DNA of 64,000 nucleotides from Gekko japonicus (taxonomy: Eukaryota): contig NW_015176464.1 in NCBI RefSeq assembly GCF_001447785.1, forward strand, positions 1 through 64,000, given 5' to 3'. Positions 23,149 to 36,200 of this stretch are shown piece by piece. Position 1 is the first letter of the stretch. Each line of letters opens with the position of its first letter. The translations under genes and the position numbers were made by a program. The notes below the pieces were generated by a model. That model worked only from the letters and a program-made list of their open reading frames with translations. It had not been told where the DNA came from and searched no databases.

Positions 23149-23358
23149 GCCGCTTTCCCACAAGCTGCTGCAGCATGTTCGCTCTTCCCTTTGCCCCATC
23201 GTACGTGTCAATTTCACACTAAGTGCTGCAGGGCTGCATTTTGCCCCGCAGCTTCGCCCAATTTTCCCCGCCTCTACTCAATCCTGTGTGAAATTGACAC
23301 GTACGATCCAGGCAAAGGGAAGAGCGAGTGCATTGCAGCAGCTTGTGGGAAATTGGTC
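23149..23358. mobile_element. Palindromic MITE
   Basis: TTTCCCACAAGCTGCTGCA / TGCAGCAGCTTGTGGGAAA and ATCGTACGTGTCAATTTCACAC / GTGTGAAATTGACACGTACGAT inverted arms. Confidence 0.75.
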
Positions 23359-24162
23359 AAAGCAAGGCAAACCACTGTTTTTAAAGTTCCTATTACATTC
23401 CTGATCCTTTTCCAGCACCTGAACCAACCCACAAGACCTGAGCAGATGTGGACAGTGCACAGCAACAGCCACAGTTGTCAGAAGTAATGCCTGGACTTTG
23501 GGCATTGACTGCAATTTGGGCATTCAGATCCCTGAACTGGGCAAGGGTCAACAAGAAGAAGAAGAAGAGAAGAGATTGGATTTATACCCCGCCCTTCACT
23601 TGGAGTCTCAGAGTGGCTTACAAACTCCTTTCCCTTCCCCTCCCCACAACAGACACCCTGTGAGGTGGGTGGGGCTGAGAGAACTCTGACACAAACTGCT
23701 CTTTTTCAAGGACAGCTGTGCCGGAGCTTGTGACTGACCCAAGGTCACATCAGCAGGTGCAAGTGGAGGAGTGGGGAATCAAACCCGGTTCTCCCAGGTT
23801 AGAGTCCATGCACTTAACCACTATACCAAACAAGGCAGAACTGGGCATGGCACAATGGAAGACAGAACAGCTGAAGCTGGAGGTGAGCACTGGCATGCAG
23901 ACTGGAGCAGCAGGCAACAGATGGCAGAATGGCCAGCAACTGATCCCAATGGTAGCAGCATAATAGAGTGCAGTGTGTGGGCATGGTCCTGAGCTGGCAT
24001 TTGGAAGAAAGGAAGGGGCAGAAGACGTACAAGGCAATGGGATAAAACTATGACGCACCTTGTCCTATGAGAAGGGACTGGAGTGTGCCACTCACTACTA
24101 TTCAAAAGACCTGTCAGAGAAGCCAAGCAGTGGGGAATTGACCTTAAAGAAAACCAGATTTG

Positions 24163-24770
24163 CCCTGATCTGGATAGCCCAGGCAAGCCTGATCTTGTCA
24201 GATCTTGGAAGCTAAGCAGGGTTGACTCTCACAAGTACTTGAAGGGCTATTTTTGGGCAGGAACGCACAGGAACGGAGTTCCGGCTGGCTCCCAAGTTGG
24301 CCACGCCCAGCAGGAACTCATTAGCATAATAGGCCACACCCAACAGCAGGAACTCATTAGGATTGGCTACATTAGGGGTGTGTGGCCTAACATGCAAAGG
24401 AGTTCCTGCTACAAAAAAGCCCTGGGTTTGGACAACAAACAAGGTAAACAGAATAACAAGCAAAAGGTGGGTGTGGCTGGATAACCACACTTCTGGTAAC
24501 ATGGGGGTGTGGCCTAATGTGCTAATGAGCTGTGCTGTCAGGGGTGTGGCCCAATATGCTAATGAGTTCCTGTTGTTGGGTGTGGCCTATTATGCTAATG
24601 AGTTCCTGCTGGGCTTTTTCTACAAAAAGAGCTCTGATGGATGGCAGACCTCCTTGAAATACCAGAGATAAGCACAGGCTTTATTCAGCCACCCTCTCTG
24701 AATATCCTCCAGGCCCCCTGTAGGGGTCAGTCACCAGAGGTCATCATGACTTTGAGGTGCACACACGGTC
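24163..24770 (+). mobile_element. 5S rRNA-derived SINE (SINE3) interrupted by a hAT MITE; other copies near 28730-28905(-), 30850-31033(-), 31790-31980(+), 50841-51255(+)
   Basis: GCCTGATCTTGTCAGATCTTGGAAGCTAAGCAGGGT matches the 5S internal control region; diverged, with an RTE-like tail. Confidence 0.7.
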
Positions 24771-25182
24771 ACACACACACATGGACATATTAAAAAAAAA
24801 GGGAACCAGTTTTTTCACCAACCCATGTTCCAGCTGGGAGCAGTGCACACCCTACCTGGAAAAATAATCCCTCTCTGAACACACTGGTTGGAGGGCAAGA
24901 AATCATTCACATTGCTACCATGACCAGACTTATTTCTTATCCCAGTAAGACAAAGAATAAATCGTCCTCCATTCTCAGTGAGTGCAGGTGGTGTTCCTGC
25001 AGCCTTCCTCCACTAACCTCCCCTACCACACCTACGTTCCATACTACTGCTACACAAGCACACGCTCCCCTAAAAAGAAAATATCTGCTGCAGCAGAACA
25101 CAGATAGGGGGGGAAATGGAATTCGCTTCCTCGCCCACACGCACGCACATGCACGCAAAAATGTATACCTCTGTTATCTCCA

Positions 25183-25824
25183 TCAGGGGTCCTCTTCAAT
25201 GTGGCACCATGGCCCACCAAAAGTTTTCCGGGTGCCCACCAAGTGTTTTGAAAAAGTGGACAGGGCCAGGTGGGACTTCTGTTCAGCAGAGCTTCTGACT
25301 GGCCATCAGAGATCGGATTGGCTGTGCAGGTAAAAAAACAAATTGCTTCAGCAGTAGCTGCCATAAACAGCACAAGGATCTTCACTACATGACTGAAGGA
25401 GCATAGGGATGCCAGCTCCAGGTTGGGAAATACCTGGAGATTTTGGGGGTGGAGCCTGAGGAGGGCAGGGTTTGCAGACTGGTAGGACCTCAGTGGGGTA
25501 TAAAGCCATAGAATCCACCTTCCAAAGCAGCCATTTTCTCCAGGTGAACTGATCTCTGTCACCTGGAAATCAATTGTAATCCCAGGAGAGCTGCAACCAC
25601 CACCTGGAAGTTGGCAACCCTATGCAACAATTTTTTCCCTAAACAATGTGTTCTTTTTAAAAGGTATCCTGTGGTACTGAAGAGTGATTACTAGAGTTTT
25701 ACATAACCTCTCTCCCTGACGTTTTGTGGTTGGCTCTTTTGGATAGACATTTTGGGGCTGCGCCCACCACTCTACTTCAGAATTCCAGAGGTGCCCTCAG
25801 CCTCAAAAAGGTTGGGGAACTCTG
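25183..25824. mobile_element. Degenerate hAT (Charlie-like) MITE with nested Blackjack-like MITE
   Basis: CAGGGGTCCTC...AAAAAGGTTGGGGAACTCTG termini. Confidence 0.55.
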
Positions 25825-28800
25825 ACCTAAATCTTAACTTAGTCTGCCTAATAAACCATATCCTTATGCCTAGTATGCCTAAAAGGAACCTAAACTAAAT
25901 ATGAAATGTTCCTATTAATCTACAATCTAATTAACCTTTGCATTCACTATTCCTAAATCTTATTCAAAGGTGTTAAGTAAATATATACATCAAGGGGTAG
26001 AATGGGACTCAAATGTAGGATGAGATGTTTTACAGAGGGGTACAGGCTGCAAAGCATTAATCAACAGCAAAATCAGCTGCAAGGCATTAATCAACAGCAA
26101 ATGGCCAGGGCACAGCAGGAAGATTATAAAGTAGCCATGTCTGCCTTTCAGCTAGATAGGACCAAATTACTTTCTGTTAACTGTGCCTACTTTGGAATTC
26201 AATATGTGCAGATAGGTATCAATCACAGGTTGTACTTTCACCTCAGCCTCCCCCGCTTGGCAACACCAGTCAGGGAACACTTAGTCTGGCACCAAGGATG
26301 GTGAGGGCGAGGAGCCGTCCGGGAAATATAACTCTTTACATCAGTTTTTGGTAACATCACCCACTTTTGTGCTATTATGAACTGGCAGTCTTCCACAAGA
26401 TAAATTTTTGCCTCTTCTTGCTTCCTCAGTGAACATAGTATCTAAAGCTAATAACTTGGATTCATTTACTGGATTAATACATTTCTGCATTCTTTATATT
26501 CTTTTTCACACAGATTATCAAAACAGAAAATATCTGTTGGTTAGTTTACATCTTATATTAAAATCTTCAGGATTACAGGAAACCATGTCTTGAAACAACT
26601 ATTTTCACAATGACTATTTGTACATTCCTGATGCATATGGTGTATGCCAGTCAATAAATCTGGGAGAATGGTGTGTTTTAGTGCAGAATTCTAGACTTTT
26701 TGAAAATAAATTATTGGGGGTGATCCATAATCTGCTTCATTTAAAGCACTCAGTAAATTAATTATGCTGATGTTATCTTGACAGAAAAGATAATAGACAG
26801 TGCTCACTTCTGTCTGCACAAAGGTATTAAAGGTTCAATTTCTACTAAAATTTCTTCTTCTAAAAGTAATACCTACCTTGAGTAACTCCATCCTGGATTG
26901 CTAACCTTCTATCAGTAGATCACAAACTCAGGGAAACAGATAAACTGTTTTCTTTTAGGGACAGTAAGGAGAATTCTCTTCACTGAAAAAGCAGCCCCTG
27001 TATAAGGTGATAGTACATGTGTCAGTGGTTAAATTTTGAGCTAATTGAAATAAAATCCCCATCAGGTGTATCTTGTTTATAGCTAGAATCCAGGAAGGGT
27101 CAATCACAGGAAATTACTAGTATGCTTGATATTCAAGGGAATGCCAGTAAACTACGTACATACCCTCAGAGGACACTGTATACAGACACACACCTGGTTG
27201 TTGGGGTGGCAGAAAAGGGCAAGTAATGCAATTAAAGCAAATTGCTAAAGAAAGATTTATGGATGTTTGTTATTATATTTTTGCAAATGCACAGAATGTG
27301 GACACAAATAGTCTTGAAAAATCAAAATGTCAGAAAACCAGTATCATAATGGTTAGAGTGCTGGATTGTAACCTGGAAGATCCAGTTTCAGATCTCCACT
27401 CTGCCATAAAGCTTGATGTGTGACTTTAACCCTGTCACATGATCTTACCCTAATCTACTTGGACAGGATTGCGGTGAAGATAAAATGAGGAAGGAGTAAG
27501 GCTGCCATATTTCCAAGTTACCTAGCGATTGCTTTACATCTCTTCTTGTTTACTACTACAGAATGTCACAGAAAACATACCTTTACCTGATTCTTTGTCC
27601 ATGCCAGGATTTGCTCAGGCATACATGGAAGACTGAAAAATGGAACAAGGTATTTTGCCCCAAGACCTCTAGTTTTATGGTTCCAGCAGTACATGGCTCT
27701 GGAATTAATGTACAGTAGACCTTCACATGTAGAAGGTTCTTGATTGCTTTCCTCCTAAGTCTTGAACTTTTGGTAGTTAAAAGCTAAAGTCATGCATACA
27801 CCTCAGTCTGTAGTCTTTACCCTTATTAAAAACAGGAAGTCCCCATAGGCAGCTGAAACAAGGGAGGGATGCTCTTCTGTGTGCATACCTACCTCCTCTT
27901 GGTTTTGATGAAACAGAACAGTATGTATTAATAATGAATCTAAGAGTTTCTCTGCACAATTAAAAACTTTACTATGCCATTCAAGATAGGGTTGCCAGCT
28001 GTGGGTGGGGAACTACCTGGAGATTTTGGAGGTGAAGCCTGGGAAGGGTGGGGTTTGGGGAGGGTCCAATGCCTTAGAGTCCACCCTCCAAAGCAGCCAT
28101 TTTCTCCAGGGTAACTGATCTCTGTTGTTTGGAGATAAGTTGTGACAGCAGGAGATCTCCAGGCCCCACCTGGAGGTTGGCAGCCCTAACTCAACTAGTC
28201 ATCTGACCTAGGGTTGCCAACTGATTGGATAAAAGATATCTCGTCCCTTTAATATAGGCTTCGTGGTATGTTATTTAGGAGGTGATATAATTTACCTCCA
28301 TGCCATGTTTCCTCTATTAAAGGGACAGGACATTTTTCTTGAGCCCTGAACCTCAAGTGTTGTCACAGATTTCTTGCCGAAAACTGGCTTCACCCCCCCC
28401 CCAACTCTGAATAACCTAAATATGTTTTTAATTAGCATATTCAATCAAAGCATATGCTGAAGAGCAGTATATGGAAGATCTTCAGATAATGAATACTACT
28501 CTTCACAGTACACCTCTAAAAGCAAGACAGCCCTATTCTGCAGAAAAGTTAGTCTGTGTAATTATAAACGTATTTTTCTATCCCTTTCCCCTAACCTACT
28601 GTATTGGCTCTGAAGGGCTTAGAATGAATCCCAAGCCACTTTCTCCCCCCAAACACTGAATATCTGTAATTCAAGGCAACAACCTAGAGAAGCCAAGCAG
28701 CTAGATCCACAAATAAAGCAGGGCTTTTGTGTCTTGCCAACTTATGGCAATCCTGTAGGTTTTTCAAGGCAAGAGATTTCAGAGGTGGCTTGCCATTACC

Positions 28801-29986
28801 TTCCTCTGTATAACAACCTGGGATTTCCTTGGTGGTCCTCCATCCAACTGCTAACCAGGGGCCAATCCTGCTTAGCTTTTGAGATCAGATGAGATTGGGC
28901 TAGCCTGTGGTGTTACATTGCCAACTGTCTTCAGAGAAGCAACTTGGAGATTTAAAGTTCTATGTCTGATTGAAATCCACAGCCTGCCCATAGCTCTATG
29001 CCTGCACTAACAAGAGTATTTTTGTAAACATGTATTTATTTTGAGATAAGTTGGAAAAAATGTTATCAAATACATTTTCTAGCTGTAACTTGACATGGTA
29101 TGCATGTGAAGTTGTCAGCCAGCAGGCGAGTCACTATCTGTTGCTGGGTATTATATATTTAAATATTATAGTAACAATAATTCCCACCCAGTACAGGTAA
29201 CACCATGAGACAACAGTACAACGCTAGCCTGTAATTATTGTTCTTTGCTTATTTCAGGATCAAGTAACAGCATCAATCCAGTTACAGAAACATAAAGAAT
29301 CATTTCAAGCTTCTAAAAGATTTTCTTTGCTAATCTTCTCCCTAGTAAGTGGTGGGGGGCACTGAAATGTATTGGAGTGACACTTGAAATCTGTAGCTAC
29401 ATTTGTCATTCTGCCAAGGACATGGAGAGAACCTGCCTGAACACCAGCGGGAAAACAATTTGCTGAAGCAGCTGAAGCAGTAAGTTGCAACTCATTGAAA
29501 ACCATCCCCAGCACCCTGCTACATGATCAACAGCTATTGAAGTGGGACTTGAAATATGGATTTGATGGTACAAAACAGAAGATAGATAACACACACTTTG
29601 GACTGACCTCCATTTGGTGGAATGTGATAACCAACATCTGAAGAGTTATCTGCATCTCTCAGGTGAAATCAACTGAAACATGATAGCCCCAGACGTTAGT
29701 GTTCAAAGATACTACTTGGATTCCAGAATCCAGAGTGTGAAATGTATAACTTGTTCCACTTGTACTTTGACTAAACTAAGGAAGTTTTTTCCCCACCCAC
29801 ATTGGCTCTCAGCTCCTAGGTCTGATTCTCATTGAGGTGGGTAAAGGTTTATATGATGAAATGTGCTTCAGGATAAAACAAATCTTTTGTTCAGAGAAAA
29901 CTAGATGGCAGAATGGTTTTAGACTAGTCTTCTCCATGACATGCTAGTTTTCTTCTATGTGTGTGCACTGTTTCTATGGGGACCAC

Positions 29987-30297
29987 CAGGGCTGGTGCTA
30001 CCATTAGGCCAACCTAGGCAGCCACCTAGGGTGCTGACCTCAGAAGAGTGCAGAACTGACAGTCTGCATTACTGTGCAGGAACCCCACCACCAGGCGCCA
30101 AGGAGAGCTTAAAATACAATTCATGTATAAGAGCTGCTGCAAACAATTCATGATTTTTAAAAGCAACTAAAAAGTCCAGTTTTCATTTGAAGGTAGTCAA
30201 AACAGAGGGGGGGGGGAGTTTGAAAATTGGTGGGCGCATGGGGGAGCACCAGAAGGTAGCCTCGCCTAGTGTGCAAAAAAACCTGACACCAGCCCTG
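29987..30297. mobile_element. hAT MITE (duplicated at ~36083-36403)
   Basis: TIR CAGGGCTGGTG / CACCAGCCCTG, 8-bp TSD GGGACCAC. Confidence 0.8.
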
Positions 30298-32941
30298 GGG
30301 ACCACTCAGTCATACAATTCCCCCCCCATTCCTTCACTCTGACAGCCCTGGCAGATTTACCATCTCTCACTTAAAAGAGAGAATAGGAGGTTTTATACCA
30401 CTCAGTGGTTTTACCTTGCATTTACTCAAAGCAGGCCTGTCACCTCTGTTTCTCCAGCTCTACGCTCAGCTCCAGGGCTTTCCATACTATTGACAGCTGA
30501 GACATGCATCGCACACTTAAAATGTTTCCTTTGAGGTTTCTAATACTAATCAGGCAAGAATTGAGGTTGCCAGCCTCCAGGAAGGGTCTGGAGTTCTCCA
30601 GGAGTTACTTCTGATTTCCAGACTAAAGAGATCAGTTCTTTTGGAAGAAATGGCCGTTTCTGAGGGCAGACTCTATGGCAACGCATTCCCACTGGGCTCC
30701 CTCTCCTCCCAGACACTGTTTCCAAATCTCCAGGAATTTCCCAGGCCGAGTTGGCAACCCTATGCTCCTCAGCACCTTAATATTCCTGTTTTAATCTTAT
30801 TTTATTGTTATTTGGGGGGTGAGTATTTTGTGTGTGGGTGTGTGTTCCTGGAATTCATGGTTGACTTCTGGTGACCCCTAGTGGGGCATGGACATTTCAA
30901 AGCGGTGGCTGACTATTGCATGCCTCTGCATCCCAGCTCTGGTATTCCTTGGAGGTCTCCCTTCCAAGGACTTGCCAGGGTCTGCCATGCTTAGCTTCCA
31001 AGATCTGACGAGATCAGGCTATCCAGGTCAGGGCTATTGTTCTTATTTTTGTAAAACATGTTGGGGGTTATTTGAATTAAAAGGGGTGAACAAAAGTATT
31101 TTAAAAGTGTTTAAAGAAACCACCAATTTTAATTAATGTTAAAATAGTAACTTTTCTGACTATCCTTCTTCGTTGTACACAGGCAAACCCAGAGGTGTAA
31201 CAGAGACACAACAGGCAATCTCCTTTAAGGAAATTAATTCTACTGCACTCAGAGTGGCTGAATAATCCAAAATCAAAACAGAACTGCCCACCCCAGAGTA
31301 ATCTCACTGGAAAGATACGAGGTCATCACAGGAAGCCTCCTCTGTGGGTGGCTAATTTGGGTTCCTAAGAACCTTTCATTATTCATTTATTTATCATAGG
31401 TTGCACTCTAGCTGTTCCTTCTCTTATGGTGTGGTAGTTTCCTACACAGAAGCCACCCTAATTTTTACAAAATCTCCATGATAAGATATCATAGCCAAGA
31501 AAATGTTCACGAGAAATAAGTGAATGTTAAGACATGCTGACAATGATGATGCTTTACACTGTATGAATGCTGTCTCCTTTTACTCTCTCAATTTGTGTTT
31601 CAACTAGACCACAAACCAGAGTATCAGCAATCCAAACTCTTTCACTAAAAGTTGGAACTGATTGTTGAGGCTGGGATCTTGGTGCAGGGAATTGCTAGCA
31701 TTTTGTGCCACAAGATGGCAGCCTTTCCTTTCTAATTTCTTTGAAATATTTTCCCCTATTTATAGTTGAGAGGGGGTAAGACAAGTAAACCCTAACCTGG
31801 ATGGCCCAGGTTAGCCCAATCTCACCACAACTTGGGAGCTAGTTAGTAGTGGGATAGGAGACCACCAAGGAAGTCCAATGTCACCATGCAGAGGAAGGCA
31901 ATAGCAAACCTCCTCTGTTAGTCCCTTGCCTTGAAAACCCTACAGGGTCACCATAAGTCAGCTGATTGTGACAACACTTGACACACAGAGAAGCTGAGTA
32001 CAGGGGGTTTGGGTGGTTTTTTTACAAGATTTCCTATACCCTACTAATATGTTTTAAATTTACAAACTAATAGCACATACAGAATCTCTTTAGCAGCCAA
32101 AGAGTATCAGAGAAAAAGCGTTTTCTGTTGTTGAACTCTATTTGTGGGATTCTCTTCTGAGAGACCAGTGCTCGCTCATTCTTAAATGTGGTTGAAATCT
32201 GTCCTGCTCATTTGTGCTTTTGTAACTGATTTTTCATATTTCACCCCTACAACAACAGTTTTCATATGCATTTTGGTTTATTTTATGCTATAGACTCCTG
32301 GGCAATTTTATCTGTTCCTTGAAAACCATGATTTGGCTGTTATGCATATTCTGAATCCGGCCAGGTTAGATAACTGCAGTGCAATTTAAGTGGGGTTGCC
32401 ATTAAAAACAGTCTGGAAACTTCAGCTGGTTCAAAATGCAGAAGCCACACACTACTGTCAGGGGCAGCATACAAAGATTATATCCCCAACCCCAGATGCT
32501 AAAAGATCTGTATGCCAGCCTATGTATTATTGCCGGTGTGTGTAATGGTTAGAATGTTGGCCCAAATTCTGGAAACTCAGATTCATATCCCTACTCTGCC
32601 ACAGAAGCTTGCTGGGTGACCTTGGGCCAGCCACACATTCTCAGCCTAACCTACCTTACAGGGGTGTTGTAGGGATTAAGGTGGGGTATAAATGAAGTAA
32701 GTTAATAAAATTATTTCCAGGCAAAATTACTTGTAAGGTCCTAAACAGCCTGGGACTGGTTCTGTTGAAGAACCACCTCCTCCCATATTGTACAGCCCAC
32801 AAAGTAAGATCTACCTTCCAAGCCCTGCTCTTTGCACCTCTATCGGCAGAGGTGAGGTGGGTGGTACTTAGAAACAGGGGTTTGTCATAGGTAGTGCCTC
32901 ACCTTTGGAATCCTCTCCCTTTTGTGGTCTGCCTGGTGTCT

Positions 32942-33290
32942 AAAGGTAAAGGTAAAGGTTCCCTTGCTCGAAAGCCAGTCGAGTCCGACTCTAGGGTTGC
33001 GGTGCTCATCTCCGTTTCAAAGCCGAAGAGCCAATGCTGTCCGAAGATGTTTCCGTGGTCATGTGGCCAGCATAACTAAACACCAAGGCGCACAGAACGC
33101 TGTTACCTTCCCACTGAAGTGGTACTACCTATTTATCTACTTGCAATTTCTTGCTTTCGAACTGCTAGGTTGGCAGGAGCTGGAACTAGAGACGGGAGCT
33201 CACTCCGTCTTGCGGCACCCGGGTCTCGAACTGCTGAACTACTGACCTTCCACAGCCTGCAGTTCAGCGTCTTAACCACTTGAGCCCTAC
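32942..33290 (-). mobile_element. Sauria SINE (duplicated at ~39048-39396)
   Basis: (ACCTTT)n tail read as AAAGGTAAAGGT on +, BovB-like GTCGAGTCCGACTC 3' part, tRNA-like head. Confidence 0.8.
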
Positions 33291-36200
33291 TGTTAATAGC
33301 AGGAGACCAAAACATTTCTTTACCCAGGCTTTTAAGAGAAGTTTTATCTCATCTTTTTCAGCTGGTTGTTTTATGACCTGTGTGCTACTTTTTATTACTA
33401 TTGTTGTTTTATAACTGCTTAAATGTCAGAAAACCAGTATCATAATGGTTAGAGTGCTGGATTGTAACCTGGAAGATCCAGTTTCAGATCTCCACTCTGC
33501 CATAAAGCTTGATGTGTGACTTTAACCCTGTCACATGATCTTACCCTAATCTACTTGGACAGGATTGCGGTGAAGATAAAATGAGGAAGGAGTAAGGCTG
33601 CCATATTTCCAAGTTACCTAGCGATTGCTTTACATCTCTTCTTGTTTACTACTACAGAATGTCACAGAAAACATACCTTTACCTGATTCTTTGTCCATGC
33701 CAGGATTTGCTCAGGCATACATGGAAGACTGAAAAATGGAACAAGGTATTTTGCCCCAAGACCTCTAGTTTTATGGTTCCAGCAGTACATGGCTCTGGAA
33801 TTAATGTACAGTAGACCTTCACATGTAGAAGGTTCTTGATTGCTTTCCTCCTAAGTCTTGAACTTTTGGTAGTTAAAAGCTAAAGTCATGCATACACCTC
33901 AGTCTGTAGTCTTTACCCTTATTAAAAACAGGAAGTCCCCATAGGCAGCTGAAACAAGGGAGGGATGCTCTTCTGTGTGCATACCTACCTCCTCTTGGTT
34001 TTGATGAAACAGAACAGTATGTATTAATAATGAATCTAAGAGTTTCTCTGCACAATTAAAAACTTTACTATGCCATTCAAGATAGGGTTGCCAGCTGTGG
34101 GTGGGGAACTACCTGGAGATTTTGGAGGTGAAGCCTGGGAAGGGTGGGGTTTGGGGAGGGTCCAATGCCTTAGAGTCCACCCTCCAAAGCAGCCATTTTC
34201 TCCAGGGTAACTGATCTCTGTTGTTTGGAGATAAGTTGTGACAGCAGGAGATCTCCAGGCCCCACCTGGAGGTTGGCAGCCCTAACTCAACTAGTCATCT
34301 GACCTAGGGTTGCCAACTGATTGGATAAAAGATATCTCGTCCCTTTAATATAGGCTTCGTGGTATGTTATTTAGGAGGTGATATAATTTACCTCCATGCC
34401 ATGTTTCCTCTATTAAAGGGACAGGACATTTTTCTTGAGCCCTGAACCTCAAGTGTTGTCACAGATTTCTTGCCGAAAACTGGCTTCACCCCCCCCCCAA
34501 CTCTGAATAACCTAAATATGTTTTTAATTAGCATATTCAATCAAAGCATATGCTGAAGAGCAGTATATGGAAGATCTTCAGATAATGAATACTACTCTTC
34601 ACAGTACACCTCTAAAAGCAAGACAGCCCTATTCTGCAGAAAAGTTAGTCTGTGTAATTATAAACGTATTTTTCTATCCCTTTCCCCTAACCTACTGTAT
34701 TGGCTCTGAAGGGCTTAGAATGAATCCCAAGCCACTTTCTCCCCCCAAACACTGAATATCTGTAATTCAAGGCAACAACCTAGAGAAGCCAAGCAGCTAG
34801 ATCCACAAATAAAGCAGGGCTTTTGTGTCTTGCCAACTTATGGCAATCCTGTAGGTTTTTCAAGGCAAGAGATTTCAGAGGTGGCTTGCCATTACCTTCC
34901 TCTGTATAACAACCTGGGATTTCCTTGGTGGTCCTCCATCCAACTGCTAACCAGGGGCCAATCCTGCTTAGCTTTTGAGATCAGATGAGATTGGGCTAGC
35001 CTGTGGTGTTACATTGCCAACTGTCTTCAGAGAAGCAACTTGGAGATTTAAAGTTCTATGTCTGATTGAAATCCACAGCCTGCCCATAGCTCTATGCCTG
35101 CACTAACAAGAGTATTTTTGTAAACATGTATTTATTTTGAGATAAGTTGGAAAAAATGTTATCAAATACATTTTCTAGCTGTAACTTGACATGGTATGCA
35201 TGTGAAGTTGTCAGCCAGCAGGCGAGTCACTATCTGTTGCTGGGTATTATATATTTAAATATTATAGTAACAATAATTCCCACCCAGTACAGGTAACACC
35301 ATGAGACAACAGTACAACGCTAGCCTGTAATTATTGTTCTTTGCTTATTTCAGGATCAAGTAACAGCATCAATCCAGTTACAGAAACATAAAGAATCATT
35401 TCAAGCTTCTAAAAGATTTTCTTTGCTAATCTTCTCCCTAGTAAGTGGTGGGGGGCACTGAAATGTATTGGAGTGACACTTGAAATCTGTAGCTACATTT
35501 GTCATTCTGCCAAGGACATGGAGAGAACCTGCCTGAACACCAGCGGGAAAACAATTTGCTGAAGCAGCTGAAGCAGTAAGTTGCAACTCATTGAAAACCA
35601 TCCCCAGCACCCTGCTACATGATCAACAGCTATTGAAGTGGGACTTGAAATATGGATTTGATGGTACAAAACAGAAGATAGATAACACACACTTTGGACT
35701 GACCTCCATTTGGTGGAATGTGATAACCAACATCTGAAGAGTTATCTGCATCTCTCAGGTGAAATCAACTGAAACATGATAGCCCCAGACGTTAGTGTTC
35801 AAAGATACTACTTGGATTCCAGAATCCAGAGTGTGAAATGTATAACTTGTTCCACTTGTACTTTGACTAAACTAAGGAAGTTTTTTCCCCACCCACATTG
35901 GCTCTCAGCTCCTAGGTCTGATTCTCATTGAGGTGGGTAAAGGTTTATATGATGAAATGTGCTTCAGGATAAAACAAATCTTTTGTTCAGAGAAAACTAG
36001 ATGGCAGAATGGTTTTAGACTAGTCTTCTCCATGACATGCTAGTTTTCTTCTATGTGTGTGCACTGTTTCTATGGGGACCACCAGGGCTGGTGCTACCAT
36101 TAGGCCAACCTAGGCAGCCACCTAGGGTGCTGACCTCAGAAGAGTGCAGAACTGACAGTCTGCATTACTGTGCAGGAACCCCACCACCAGGCGCCAAGGA

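Noticed and set aside
24180-24240. 5S rRNA genes (also 50860-50945)
   Set aside because: Diverged partial matches fused to SINE tails and interrupted by MITEs
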